The notes under the pieces are model-generated. The model was not told the DNA's origin. It was given only the letters and a program-made list of their open reading frames with translations, and made no database searches. Below, one piece after another: positions 24,517 to 36,299 of a stretch of 64,000 nucleotides of DNA; position 1 is the stretch's first letter, and every line of letters starts with the position of its first letter. The DNA is from Adineta vaga (Eukaryota > Animalia > Rotifera), in NCBI GenBank assembly GCA_021613535.1, contig CP075492.1, positions 1,798,001 through 1,862,000 of the forward strand. The letters run 5' to 3'. A program made the position numbers and the translations under genes.

Positions 24517-25392
24517 ATGACAGATAATGGAGACGAAAACATTTACAGCCGTTTTATCGACGCTAGTGAAGAACCTATGCGCTTTCAACATGTTGTCGAA
24601 GGTTATCAAAGTTTACCGTTGAGGTCTCTTGAAGAGACCCTTCAGGATATCAAGAAAATACTGGTCGAGCCTCCTAACATGTTCAATATACCCAAAGCAA
24701 ACAGTAAGATGTTACCGAACGGTCTCAATGTCGACGAAATTAACGCTATTTACCTCTATACATTATCGGTGAATACATTTTTTTACAAAAAACTTAATCG
24801 TGCCCTACGTTCAGGAGATCGAAATATGCTTCAACCATGGCACAGCTACCTAAAACTCCTTTGTACTGCATTACAGAAATTACCTTCGACAAAAGCTACG
24901 GTCTGGCGAGGAGCTTGCTTTGATTTGACTGACCAGTACAATAGCAACGAATGTGTAACATGGTACGGATTTAGTTCGTGCACAAGAAGCGCAGCTTCTG
25001 TGGAAAAGTTCCTTAATAAATCGAAAACGCGTACATTGTTCCGTATCGAGAGTATTGCGGGAAAGGATTTACAAGATTTTTCTGACGAGCACGAAATCCT
25101 TTTGTTGCCTTATTCTTGTTTTTGTGTCACGGGTGTAGCAAAAGCAAGCGATGGGTTGAACATTGTCGATTTAAAAGAAACAGAGAACTCGTTTCCGCCA
25201 ATTGATGCGCCTTTCGATGCTACTGCAGCTCTCTCAGGTGTTTTCATATCATTCTTATCCACCATCCCTCGATTCATCGCGTGTGGTTCCACGTATTTGC
25301 CATGTCCTATAGGTAAGGGAATCACAACACTGTTTGACAATTCAAGACCAAAAGGATTGACAAGGTCTCCAACTACAATAAAACAATCAGAA
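24517..25392 (+). CDS. R-S-E class ADP-ribosyltransferase domain protein (possible last exon about 26016-26065)
   Basis: AIYLYT, LNRALR, VWRG, FSSCT, RTLF and DEHEILL motifs; paralogous to ORF 12570-13571. Confidence 0.8.
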
Positions 25393-25489
25393 GGTAAAAT
25401 AGTACTGTATTTCTGTAATTTGTAAATTTTTCTCTGATATTTCTCCATGTAATATGTGGTACTATGAAAATCATATGATGCATTGTAGC

Positions 25490-25978
25490 TGGACATGCAC
25501 CAAACCCAAACTCAAACCCAAACCGTTTGGGAGTTTGGTTTGGATATATGAGTTTGAGTTTGGGATTGGGTTTGGGTTGGAGTTTGGGTTTGAGCTTGGG
25601 TAAAATATCGGGATCTATCAAATCGCCTGGATTTTGGTATGATTCTTTTCTTTGAAGTCGCCTCTCTTCATTGCAAATACTTGTTTGTATATGTCAACAA
25701 GCCAAAATATATACTCTTCCTTAGCATTATCAAGGGGGAGATAGTATGAATCCAACACTTGAAAATATGAAGCATCGATGCACGTTTTGATTGTGAATAT
25801 ATGCAAACAAGTATTTGCAATGAAGAGAGGCGACTTCAAAGAAAAGAATCATACCAAAATCCAGGCGATTTGATAGATCCCGATATTTTACCCAAGCCCA
25901 AACCCAAACCCAAACTCAAACTCAATCACAATACCCAAACTCTCCAAACCCAAACAGTTTCGGTTTGGTGCATGTCTA
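25490..25978. mobile_element. hAT-type foldback MITE
   Basis: TIRs TGGACATGCACCAAACC / GGTTTGGTGCATGTCTA; 8-bp TSD ATTGTAGC (25482-25489, 25979-25986); near-perfect internal inverted arms of about 100 bp; (TTTGGG)/(CCCAAA) subterminal repeats. Confidence 0.9.
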
Positions 25979-26354
25979 ATTGTAGCGATCGCCAGAAAAT
26001 TACATGTATTTTTAGGTATCAAACTAATTTCTAAAGTTCGGATCTATCCTTTCAAACATCCTTGATACTCAAACTAGTTCGTATGCACCTAATCCCAATA
26101 GTTTTGTTTGAGGGTGCTTCGAAAGGTGTCGATGGGTTTATTTCGATTTTAGGAAGACTCCGATAATAATTAATTATAATGGAGATAATCACCACTATGG
26201 GTCTTGTATGGTACTGCCATAACGAACATAATGGAAATTATCACTATTATGGCAACCATACCTAAAGTCCATAATGTGTAGAATTTCTATGATGGAAATT
26301 GGGAAATGGTCGATTATGTCGATTACAGCAGTAATATCTAAAGTCCGCTTTATT

Positions 26355-26411
26355 CAGTGGCGGAACCAGGATATGTAGCTAGGGGGGCTGAGCCCCCCGG
26401 CTCCGCCACTG
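26355..26411. mobile_element. 57-bp hAT-type mini-MITE
   Basis: TIR CAGTGGCGGA / TCCGCCACTG; 8-bp TSD GCTTTATT (26347-26354, 26412-26419). Confidence 0.9.
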
Positions 26412-27457
26412 GCTTTATTCTTCCCTACAGCTATCATACAAATGAATTTCCCTGAAAACGGTATAACGCATCATATCTTATATTGTGAATTTTATGATAA
26501 ATATGGTAAAAAATGACGCTGATTAGCACTGCCAAGGTGAATTCCATTTCTTAATGATAGCGAGGGTACCTTCCTTGAGGTGTATGAAGGCGATCATGTC
26601 AAAGAGTGAGGACAGACGATTGTGTCCACGATGTTCGTTCTTGCTACCTTACAGTCTTCTTATATAGATGTACTGAAAAATGAATCTTCTAAAAATTGTT
26701 ATAGAATGCCGAAGTACTGGAATTAGCAACGTACGCAACTGAAACTTATACCTTAAGGTCTTGAGACACGTGGTATTAGTATACGTATCTCTTAAATGAA
26801 ACTTTCGGTTCAGTTTTATAACTATTATTATGTTCTAAGAAAAGATAGAACACATATCGAGTATGTCTAAGCTTTTTCTTCCTTTATCTTTTATTTATAT
26901 GGGGATCGGGATTCAATAAGCACAGTTAAATTAATTTTTTCTTTTAAACACAATGAGCATTAATCGATTCCAAAAATCTTTAGTATAAGTCCAACAAGCT
27001 GCTAGTTGAAACTTATGTAAAATCGCTTTTGTTTCGGAACATATCGTAAAGATGAGAATCGGGTTATTGAAGACAATTATGGCCTCTTGCCATTATCTAC
27101 GGCCTTTGATGAAAATTATCTAGTGATATGGACACTAAGGCGTATACCACTGTAATAGAAACGTGAAGATCATGTATATTTGAGAATGAGTTCTGATAAG
27201 TGTGAGAATTTCTATTGAAGAACATTTATAAACGAAAGTACGTTGAACTTTCGTATAGCGAATACTCCAAATTAAGTACCTATTACAATACCTATCGCTT
27301 AAAATGAACCAATTTTTCTCTATATGTCGCTTTTTTTCTAATGTCTTCCGGAATTAACAAAGGTTATAGAAATTATAAAGATATGAAATATCAAACCACT
27401 GTCAGACTATGACTGAGCTTTGGAAATATACAAAGAATATAGTTAATGAAGCTGAGT

Positions 27458-27839
27458 CAAGGGGGAAAAAGCGAAAAGTCGGTACTCCAGTATACTCTTT
27501 GTACTCCCTCGATAAGTTATCAGTATCCTTGAAATTTTTCTTATTGTTTTCAAGTTCACCAGTGACCAGTGGTACAGTGCACCCGCTGGAGTACAATGTA
27601 ACTAACACTAGCGAGCAGAAAGCCTCAAATACTCCAAAATACTCCAGTTTCGAAGTATCATGGAGTATTTGAACATTTTTATTTGCTAGGTTTATTTGCA
27701 TTGTACTCCAGCGGTTGCACTGTAACACTGATCACCAGTGGACTTGAAAATACTGAAAAACCTCTCAAGAATACTCATAATTTATCGCGGGAGTACAAAG
27801 AGTATACTGGAGTACCGACTTTTCGCTTTTTCCCCCTTG
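27458..27839. mobile_element. hAT-type MITE
   Basis: TIRs of about 58 bp starting CAAGGGGGAAAAAGCGAAAAGTCGGTACTCC; 8-bp TSD AGCTGAGT (27450-27457, 27840-27847); internal TACTCC/GGAGTA repeats. Confidence 0.9.
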
Positions 27840-28378
27840 AGCTGAGTACATAAATTGTATTTCTGCTGTAAATTGACTTCTGTTCGCCAATGTTTTAAGT
27901 CCATATTGAACAAGAGAGACTGATTACTCTGGCTTGTAGTCTCAACAAACTAGTCTTCTTTTCTTCATTTAGCTAATACTCACAAATTATCAGCTTGCAA
28001 CCAATCAAACAATGAGCGAATAATTGTTTTTATTATCGGACACATATTACCGATCTCTGAGTCTGCTGAAGAGATCGCGCAATTTGAACCATGCGAGACG
28101 ACTGTTGAGTTTGTTCGTGCTGTAGCTGAATTGGATCCGGCTGCACTTTTCTACGTGTTTGCTTCGGAACAACCATCTGACCAAATTATGTCGTACAGTC
28201 GTTTGCTTCGATATTATTGTCTTTCGAAACCATCTGAGGAAGAAGGTCAACTATTTAAAAGTAATCAGGATCGAATTACCATTTTATCTTCCAGTGATCG
28301 TTTCATTAGTGAACTTTATGAAGATTTGGGCCAGTATTATAGAAATCAAGCACAAGATGCTTTATTTGACCGTCATAG

Positions 28379-28548
28379 TGTGACCAATCACACTATATCT
28401 CTCTTGGGACAGGTCACCAATTAGACATAATGCATCTTTCTTCCTTTGTAACAGAATGCATGTATTGTTCTTGTGTGAAGGAAGAAGTCAGTGGATATTT
28501 GAAATAAAGTAAACGGAAGTAGCAAGCTAGGCTAAATAAACCGTTACA
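28379..28548 (+). repeat. 5' LTR (170 bp)
   Basis: Identical by eye to 36698-36867; contains AATAAA. Confidence 0.97.
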
Positions 28549-28550
28549 TC

Positions 28551-28565
28551 TGGCGACCCTGACAG
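28551..28565 (+). promoter_or_regulatory. Primer binding site TGGCGACCCTGACAG
   Basis: Begins TGG (complement of tRNA CCA) 2 nt after the LTR; tRNA-Arg-like identity is only a guess. Confidence 0.85.
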
Positions 28566-28652
28566 TCATACCTGTAAAATTGAACGAATTATATTTCTTT
28601 GGTACACGTACTAAGAATTCACAATAATTAATTTAAATCCTTATCTAAATCA

Positions 28653-30038
28653 ATGCCAGGCGACGAAACAAAAGTTACAATGACACTAGAAGAAGCAATA
28701 AAAGAAATACGGTCGATGCAGCTGCAACACAACTCCAACATTAAGGAGACAGAAGATGCAATCGAAGGACTTCGATCCAAAATTACTGAGAGCAACGATG
28801 AAACTAGCAAAAAAATGGAAACAGAACTTCAGAATATCAACAAGCAATTAACATCTCAAATAACATCAGTCCAGACTCACATTGACACGACATTCACAAA
28901 TCTTAGACAAGAAGTGGCCAAATGCATGGTCGAAGAGATTCAAAAACTTAAAAGCGAAAAACAGACGACACAAGTCGAACCAAACGATCAATTGACAACA
29001 TTGATACAAGAAGTAAAAGAAATGAAGCGCGACATAGCAGATATCAGGAACCTCCAATCAAACGATGATCATGTACAACAGCTCGACAGCCATCCAAATG
29101 TTGTGTTATTCTCGTCAACGTCCAAACAATTTCAACAAGATCAAAACACCCCATCACCAACATTAAATAACGATGTATTATCCATTCACTCAAACTCGTC
29201 GGTACTTAACAATAGCCGACCACAGACAATATTTCTTCCCACTTCAACAAATGCACCTGTTTTCTATGGAAAGCCAACAGACCGTCCGTGGCAATTTCTT
29301 ATCCGCATCGAAGAATATACAGAAACAGTTCACATGTGGGGAGAAGATTTATTATTACGCGGAATATCACAATTTTTAAAAGATACAGCACTCGATTGGT
29401 ATTGTCAATTACGTAGCTGTAACTGTCTACCAAGAACATGGACAGAATTTAAACAAGCATTTGTTAAACAATTTAATTCACCAATTAGAATTGCACAACA
29501 AATCCAACAATGGAAAGAATGTAACCAAAACCAAGATGAAACAATAAATGAATTTATTATACGTTTACGGGCCCTATGGGTCGAACAATTTCCTCAAGAA
29601 ATAGAATCCGACTTAATCAAGCATCTTTTCTGCAAAATGCGACCTGACATATTGAATATTATGGGATGTCCAAAAAGCAATTCCTTACAAGAAATCTTAA
29701 CTGAAGCACAAAGAGTTGAAGAAATCATTTATCATCGTCAAAAACAATATAATACAGGTAAACGGACATTTACGAATTCGAACTATAATAATAACAATAA
29801 TAATAACTATTATAAAAACAACAATTCTACATCCAAAACAAACGAATGGTCACAAACAAATAATAATGGTTCAGATAAGAATGGCCGTCAACAAACCCAA
29901 GCAAATCAAGGAAGTCAACAACAAAAGGTATGCTATTACTGTGGCAAATATAATCATCAATCACGCGACTGCTGGTACAAGAAACAAAGCAGTACCGCCG
30001 ACTCCGAACAAACAACATCAGCTTCAAAAAACGAATAA
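28653..30038 (+). CDS. gag: Gag
   Basis: N-terminal coiled coil, retrotransposon gag core (LKDTALDWY..TWTEFKQAFVKQF), CCHC knuckle CYYCGKYNHQSRDC. Confidence 0.95.
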   Translation: MPGDETKVTMTLEEAIKEIRSMQLQHNSNIKETEDAIEGLRSKITESNDETSKKMETELQNINKQLTSQITSVQTHIDTTFTNLRQEVAKCMVEEIQKLKSEKQTTQVEPNDQLTTLIQEVKEMKRDIADIRNLQSNDDHVQQLDSHPNVVLFSSTSKQFQQDQNTPSPTLNNDVLSIHSNSSVLNNSRPQTIFLPTSTNAPVFYGKPTDRPWQFLIRIEEYTETVHMWGEDLLLRGISQFLKDTALDWYCQLRSCNCLPRTWTEFKQAFVKQFNSPIRIAQQIQQWKECNQNQDETINEFIIRLRALWVEQFPQEIESDLIKHLFCKMRPDILNIMGCPKSNSLQEILTEAQRVEEIIYHRQKQYNTGKRTFTNSNYNNNNNNNYYKNNNSTSKTNEWSQTNNNGSDKNGRQQTQANQGSQQQKVCYYCGKYNHQSRDCWYKKQSSTADSEQTTSASKNE

Positions 30039-30070
30039 GGAGTCTCCAAGGGACGGGCCAAAGAGACTCC
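30026..30070 (+). promoter_or_regulatory. -1 ribosomal frameshift signal
   Basis: A AAA AAC heptamer in the gag frame (30026-30032), 6-nt spacer, stem GGAGTCTC/GAGACTCC (30039-30070); the -1 frame is open into the protease. Confidence 0.9.
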
Positions 30071-33000
30071 TCAAACCAATCAACCAATTCTACCCGTCTC
30101 ACACCACAACTTCACACAATCCAAACCTCATTCACTAACACACTAACTATTCAAGGCAATGTAGGTGGTATCCCAACTACTATGCTTATCGACACCGGAT
30201 CATCATTAACACTTATTAATTCATATTTGTTATCACAATTTGACGCACACATTCGAAAATATCTTCGTCCACCACCGAAAAATATTCAACTTCAATTAAC
30301 CGACAAATCACCATTATATATCAATCACACATTAAGAGTCCCAATCACTATTGACAACATTACACATTACTATACCGTTTACGTCGTTCCTCGCCTCGGA
30401 CGCCACTGCATAATAGGAAACAACTTTATCAAACAGAATAATCTACAAATTGACGGAGGACAACAGCGCGTATATTATCAACGACGTATGTTAACAAGAA
30501 ATCATCACGCACAACCATCTACTGGTGAAACTGAAAAACTTAACCAAAGTCAATCAACTACCAACCTAATCAGAAAAATAGATCAAGCACAACAAACTAC
30601 CAATGAAACTGAAGATGCTGATCAAGCACAACAATCTATCGACAAAAATGAAAATACTGATGAAATACAACCAATGGATAATAAATTATCCAAAGTCAAC
30701 GAAGCTGAATACATATTATACGCTGTTGAACAGGTGATAATACCACCCTATCACGTATGTAACATTAACGTAAAACCAACTGTTCCATTCGCTTCCACAG
30801 AAGACAATGAAGACGACGAATATGAACTCTGCACTTATAGTCGTAATAACAGAGAACATCAGAAAACACCACTCGTCGCAAATGGAATTATCTCACCGAA
30901 AGAACATCTTCAAATTCAAACAGCAAATATATCCAAAGCAACAATCATTATTTCAGCGGGCCAAAAACTTGCAACCATGTCACGAATGAATTCACAACAA
31001 TTATATGCCATTAATCACCTAACAACAGCTAACAAGAAACAAGCGACAACGATACATGAAACTAAAGACAATGTTGATCTTTCTAATACTGATTTAACCA
31101 ACGACCAAAAAGAAAAATTAGAAGAACTATTAGAAAAGTATTCGGACGTATTCACGAACAAACCAGGAAAAACAACAAAATTAAAACATGAAATACATAT
31201 TAAAGAAGGCACTAGACCGATTAATGCACCACCTTATCGATGTGCTCCAAACAGACGACAAATTATAGAAGATAATATTACTGAAATGCTTAAAGAAAAA
31301 ATAATTACTCCATCTAACAGTCCATGGGCATCTCCCGTCGTATTAGCACCCAAGAAAGACGGCACGTTACGTTTTTGCATTGATTATCGCAAACTCAACG
31401 CTGTTACAGTTAGAGATGCTTACCCTATTCCAAGAGTCGACGACACACTTGATGCTCTCGACGAAGCAAAATTTATTTCTACACTCGATCTTCGATCAGG
31501 ATATTGGCAAGTAGAAATGGATCCTGAAAGCCAAGCAATGACAGCATTTATTAGTCACAAAGGCCTTTATGAATTTAAAGTAATGCCATATGGATTAATG
31601 AACGCACCTGCTACGTTTCAACGCCTGATGGATATTGTTCTTGCCGGTCTTAAATGGAAATCCTGTCTTGTATATATCGATGATGTTATTATATATTCAT
31701 CGAATTTTAATCAACATATTAATGATTTAACAGAAGTATTTGATGCATTACGAAACGCCAAATTAACTTTAAAAGCATCTAAATGTCATTTTTGCCGTAA
31801 TGAAATTAAATATTTAGGTCATATCATAACCAAACAAGGTATTAAACCTGATCCAGATCTTGTTGCATCTGTAACAAAATTTCCAAGACCACAAAAACTA
31901 AAAGACGTACAAGCATTTCTGGGTCTTACTGGTTATTATCGGCGATTTATACAAAATTACGCAAAAATAGCAGAACCATTGCTCAAACAAATTCGACATC
32001 ACAAGAATACCAAAAATACAAATTATCACATAACATGGAATGATGAATGTGAACAAGCATTTGAAATATTAAAACAAAAGTTAATTTGTAATCCAATCAT
32101 GAATACACCAAATTTTCAACAACCATTTATTCTCGAATTAGATGCTTGTGCATACGGCTTAGGTGCTGTTCTTGCTCAAGAATATGATAATCAAAAATTC
32201 GTTATTGCATATGCAAGCCGTACATTATCATCAGCTGAACGCAACTATAGTGCTACAGAACGAGAAGCCCTTGCAATAGTTTGGGCAACAAAACATTACC
32301 GTCCGTACATCGAAGGAATGGAAATAATTGTTCGTAGTGATTGTCAAGCCCTTCAATGGCTCAAAGAAGCAAAAGATATTACTGGTCGTTTAGCTCGATG
32401 GGCAATGCATCTTGCAGCATTTCAAATTAAAGAAATAAAATACAAACCAGGTTCTGCCAATACCAATTCAGATTCGTTATCTAGATATCCACAAGAATCA
32501 ACATCAAACAATCACGATGAAGTTACAGAAATTGAAGCAATTATTAATATTTGGGAAAATACAAATATGTTAGATGACATTAGACAAGAACAACAAAAAG
32601 ATACAAAATTAAGATCTATTATTCATGATCTTCGAGCAAGTGGTGCACCAACACTTAGTCCAATACGTTCACCATACGTACTCGTCAATGATCTATTATA
32701 CAAAATTCGCAATACTATTAAAAATCAAGATCACCGGATTATTAGCAATAAACATCTTCTTGTTATTCCAGCATCAATGAGAAAGAAACTTATTGAATGG
32801 GCCCATGATCATCCAATGGCTGGACACGCAGGTCGAACAAAGACGATACATCGATTATCATCCCGGGTGTTCTGGCCAGCACTTCGAAAGGACGTTTATA
32901 AATATGTCCAAGGATGCATCCCATGTCAACAATTTAAATACAATACTCAGCCATTATCAATGCCAATGCAACTGCACATGGTAACAGAACCATGGCACAC

Positions 33001-34024
33001 CATAGGTGTTGACATAATGGGACCGTTTCCGATTACACAAAGACAAAAACAATATTTACTTGTAGTCGTCGATTATTTCACCCGATGGGTAGAATTATTT
33101 CCGTTACGAACAACAACTTCTAACACGATTGCAAACGTATTAGTAGATCAAGTATTTTGTCGCTATGGAACACCTTTCTTTATTTTATCCGACAATGGAC
33201 CTCAATTCATTGCAGAATTATTTTCAGAATTATTAAAATCACTTCGTATGGGACACAAATTAACGGCCAATTATCATCCCCAAACGAACATGACTGAACG
33301 AGTTAATCGAACTCTTAAACAACAGATACGTATTTATGCTCAACAAAATCACAAAGCGTGGGACGCAGAAATTCAAAAATTAGCCTTCGCAATTCGAACT
33401 TCAGTTAATGAGACAACTGGTGAAACACCAGCATTTCTAAATTTTGGTAGAGATCTCAAAATTCCACTGGATCTACTTTACGGCGAACCAGTACAAAACT
33501 CAACACCGAATCTGCCAGATAACAAGATAATTCAACATTACAAACGTAACCTGACCGAAACTTTACAAACAGCATTCCGAATTGTTCGCGAATACGCTGA
33601 AATACAAAAATTAAAACAAAAAAGTCAATATGATCGTCATACTACGAATAGACAATTTGACGTTGGTCAACACGTATGGGTAATGAAACCAACCGCTCAT
33701 ATAAACGGACAATGTATTACAAATAAATTAACGCCTAGAAAAGAAGGACCATGTGAAATTATGGAAAAACGGTCTCCGACAACATTTATAATAAAACGAC
33801 TATCGGACAATGTTGACTTAGGTACTGTGAACGCTGATAGAATCGAACCGTATTATTATCAAATACTAAGCGAAGAAAACGAAACAGACACAGTCAACGA
33901 TAAGAACGAGCAAACAAACACAACATCTGAAAAATCGACATCGACCAACAATGATCTGCCCTTCCCAGTATCAATCAGATCATCAAGTCGGACTCACCGA
34001 GTTCCGACACGATACCGCCAATAA
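30026..34024 (+). CDS. pol: Pol (protease, RT, RNase H, integrase), made by -1 frameshift; first ATG 30182
   Basis: LIDTGS, YIDD, LDACAYGLGAVL/ATEREAL, HDHPMAGH..CIPC, and DDE motifs VDIMG/SDNG/TERVN. Confidence 0.97.
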   Translation, partial: KKRIRSLQGTGQRDSSNQSTNSTRLTPQLHTIQTSFTNTLTIQGNVGGIPTTMLIDTGSSLTLINSYLLSQFDAHIRKYLRPPPKNIQLQLTDKSPLYINHTLRVPITIDNITHYYTVYVVPRLGRHCIIGNNFIKQNNLQIDGGQQRVYYQRRMLTRNHHAQPSTGETEKLNQSQSTTNLIRKIDQAQQTTNETEDADQAQQSIDKNENTDEIQPMDNKLSKVNEAEYILYAVEQVIIPPYHVCNINVKPTVPFASTEDNEDDEYELCTYSRNNREHQKTPLVANGIISPKEHLQIQTANISKATIIISAGQKLATMSRMNSQQLYAINHLTTANKKQATTIHETKDNVDLSNTDLTNDQKEKLEELLEKYSDVFTNKPGKTTKLKHEIHIKEGTRPINAPPYRCAPNRRQIIEDNITEMLKEKIITPSNSPWASPVVLAPKKDGTLRFCIDYRKLNAVTVRDAYPIPRVDDTLDALDEAKFISTLDLRSGYWQVEMDPESQAMTAFISHKGLYEFKVMPYGLMNAPATFQRLMDIVLAGLKWKSCLVYIDDVIIYSSNFNQHINDLTEVFDALRNAKLTLKASKCHFCRNEIKYLGHIITKQGIKPDPDLVASVTKFPRPQKLKDVQAFLGLTGYYRRFIQNYAKIAEPLLKQIRHHKNTKNTNYHITWNDECEQAFEILKQKLICNPIMNTPNFQQPFILELDACAYGLGAVLAQEYDNQKFVIAYASRTLSSAERNYSATEREALAIVWATKHYRPYIEGMEIIVRSDCQALQWLKEAKDITGRLARWAMHLAAFQIKEIKYKPGSANTNSDSLSRYPQESTSNNHDEVTEIEAIINIWENTNMLDDIRQEQQKDTKLRSIIHDLRASGAPTLSPIRSPYVLVNDLLYKIRNTIKNQDHRIISNKHLLVIPASMRKKLIEWAHDHPMAGHAGRTKTIHRLSSRVFWPALRKDVYKYVQGCIPCQQFKYNTQPLSMPMQLHMVTEPWHTIGVDIMGPFPITQRQKQYLLVVVDYFTRWVELFPLRTTTSNTIANVLVDQVFCRYGTPFFILSDNGPQFIAELFSELLKSLRMGHKLTANYHPQTNMTERVNRTLKQQIRIYAQQNHKAWDAEIQKLAFAIRTSVNETTGETPAFLNFGRDLKIPLDLLYGEPVQNSTPNLPDNKIIQHYKRNLTETLQTAFRIVREYAEIQKLKQKSQYDRHTTNRQFDVGQHVWVMKPTAHINGQCITNKLTPRKEGPCEIMEKRSPTTFIIKRLSDNVDLGTVNADRIEPYYYQILSEENETDTVNDKNEQTNTTSEKSTSTNNDLPFPVSIRSSSRTHRVPTRYRQ

Positions 34025-34550
34025 ATTCAATATTCATTCCGCACCAATGTAATCCTGTCACTTCTTCTCCTATTCAAATAACAAACGACAGGTGGCGGAC
34101 AAAACGGTGCAAATAAATAAAATTATCAACACATACAATAATACAACAAACATGTGAAAACGGAAACAAAAACAAAAGAATCGCTAAAAGCAATAAACCA
34201 CTTTACACAAGATAATGATATTAATGTATCACCCATCAAAATGCTTCCACAGGCAAGCATCGAACACGTATACATGTTTATATGGCGTGAATCCAATCAA
34301 AGTATCCAACTGCGTACAACATCACAACTTAACACATTCGTTATTAAAAGGAAACTGTAACACGATGTTATCATATATGACATCTGTGACAGTTGACCGA
34401 TTAAAACAAAAAATATATAAAGGTGAACGAGAAGTCAATATTTATCTATATCTATACATATATATTAATATATACATATGCATTTATTTACATACATTCT
34501 ATTTCACTTACATATCGACGACGTCAACCAGCAGTAGTCAAGTTGCAACA

Positions 34551-36299
34551 ATGAATCTGATTTATACATTAGTTATGCTAATTGTACTTTACCAAAATAT
34601 TATATCAGTTACTTCAGAACAAAACACGGACACAAATGGCTCCATAATAACAGCACCAAATGCTGGTTTGGTCTTGTTATATCAAGGACAATATAGACCA
34701 TCAAATCGCATCATTTTTAATACGGCAATGCTCCCAATGACAACAGAAACATGTTACTTATTGCCCATTGCAGCAGCACGAAAGATTCCAGCTTGTAACA
34801 ACTTCACTTCTAATATACGCCACAAACGTCTCATAGGAGACATAATTTCAATAGGCATGTCAACTATAGCTCTAGGGACGGCAACAACAAGCTTGGTATT
34901 AACAAAAAGCTTACAGAAGAAAGTAAATGAATTTGAAGGCCACTTACAAACATTTTCCAACCGGGTTGAATTAGGCGAAGCTCGTATGGTTCAATTTGAC
35001 AAAAATCAAATTCGACTCGGATTATCCCTACAACAAACTGAACATTTAGTTAACTCAACTGTCGATCGAGTCAACCAACATTCAAAAATGATTGAAATAC
35101 AAAACAACCGTCTCAATGAACATCAGCAACTGTTGGCATCCCTTCAGCAACGCATTATCGACAATGAACAAGCCACAGCAAATCAATTTCTCCATCTAGC
35201 TGTTCACGACATCGCCAACAACAAACCAACATTAGCATTCTTACACCCATCAGACATGAATTCTGTAGTTAAAAGTATTCTCCAACAAAATAATATTTCA
35301 ATACCAGTAACAGCCGAACAATTACCGATCATCGAACTTATTATGAAATTGATTTTAAGACAACAAATTGAATTTATACCTGCTGAACGTTATTCAAACA
35401 CATCCAGCATCGAAATTGGAAAATTGATGTTCACAACTTTTTATGCCTTACCAAATGAACAACAATCTGATTTCAGCATTTACAAAATTATCACTAGCCC
35501 TTTTATACATCACAGCAAGATCGTACGTCTTGCACAAATGCCAGCCTACATCGGTATCAATCGAAAAGCAAAATCTAGTATTAGCTGGACCAACGACGAT
35601 ATGGCATCATGCATATTTCATTTAGTCACCACTTGTCGAGAAACACCTGCTGAAAAAGCTTTACAATACGGCAACACTTGCTTGGAACAAGTTATGACCG
35701 GAAAAATACTTAAGAATTGCAGGACAGAACACACTTCAACCAACCTTCCATACATTCAACAATTACAAAATGGACGATGGTTAATATCGACAAATACCAC
35801 GTCTCTCCACTGCATTAAAACACAAATCGAAGAAAGACTTACAAAAGAAGCAACTGTGTGGAATGACAACACACAAATAACTATTCCGCCAATGGCAATA
35901 ATCACGGTGAATAATGGAACTACTATTCAATGTCCTGGATTTAATCTACCAGGCCCAGCAATACCAGAAACACGATCAACCATTAATATTATTAGAAACT
36001 CATCTACAGTCGAAGAACACAATGATATCATCGATATACACAAGGAAATTAGTTCAAACACAACATGGGAGAAACTTCCCTATTTAAACGACGAAATTGA
36101 TCAATTACTACAAGAAATGTCATTACAACAAGCGTCCACAACACAACAAAGCAATATTATACAGTGGCACAATCAACATTCGGGCAAACTTATGATTTGC
36201 CTAGTTATTGTCACTGCTGCGTTAATAGTGGTCAGCGCTCTTATCATACTCTACTTAAAACAATCGGCCAACAACAAAATTACAATTGCTCTCCCATAA
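34551..36299 (+). CDS. env: Env-like class I fusion glycoprotein
   Basis: Signal MNLIYTLVMLIVLY from ATG 34551; furin site RHKR then hydrophobic LIGDIISIGMSTIALG; heptad repeat; Cys-rich region; C-terminal TM. Confidence 0.85.
   Translation: MNLIYTLVMLIVLYQNIISVTSEQNTDTNGSIITAPNAGLVLLYQGQYRPSNRIIFNTAMLPMTTETCYLLPIAAARKIPACNNFTSNIRHKRLIGDIISIGMSTIALGTATTSLVLTKSLQKKVNEFEGHLQTFSNRVELGEARMVQFDKNQIRLGLSLQQTEHLVNSTVDRVNQHSKMIEIQNNRLNEHQQLLASLQQRIIDNEQATANQFLHLAVHDIANNKPTLAFLHPSDMNSVVKSILQQNNISIPVTAEQLPIIELIMKLILRQQIEFIPAERYSNTSSIEIGKLMFTTFYALPNEQQSDFSIYKIITSPFIHHSKIVRLAQMPAYIGINRKAKSSISWTNDDMASCIFHLVTTCRETPAEKALQYGNTCLEQVMTGKILKNCRTEHTSTNLPYIQQLQNGRWLISTNTTSLHCIKTQIEERLTKEATVWNDNTQITIPPMAIITVNNGTTIQCPGFNLPGPAIPETRSTINIIRNSSTVEEHNDIIDIHKEISSNTTWEKLPYLNDEIDQLLQEMSLQQASTTQQSNIIQWHNQHSGKLMICLVIVTAALIVVSALIILYLKQSANNKITIALP

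Noticed and set aside
25373-26034. Short PKPKPK-containing ORFs on both strands
   Set aside because: They are translations of the palindromic MITE and its hexamer repeats.
27402-27728. ORFs of 87-108 aa
   Set aside because: They lie mostly within the non-coding hAT MITE.
34215-34550. N-terminal 112 aa of the listed 694-aa ORF
   Set aside because: Runs through low-complexity (TA)-rich DNA; the signal peptide starts at ATG 34551.
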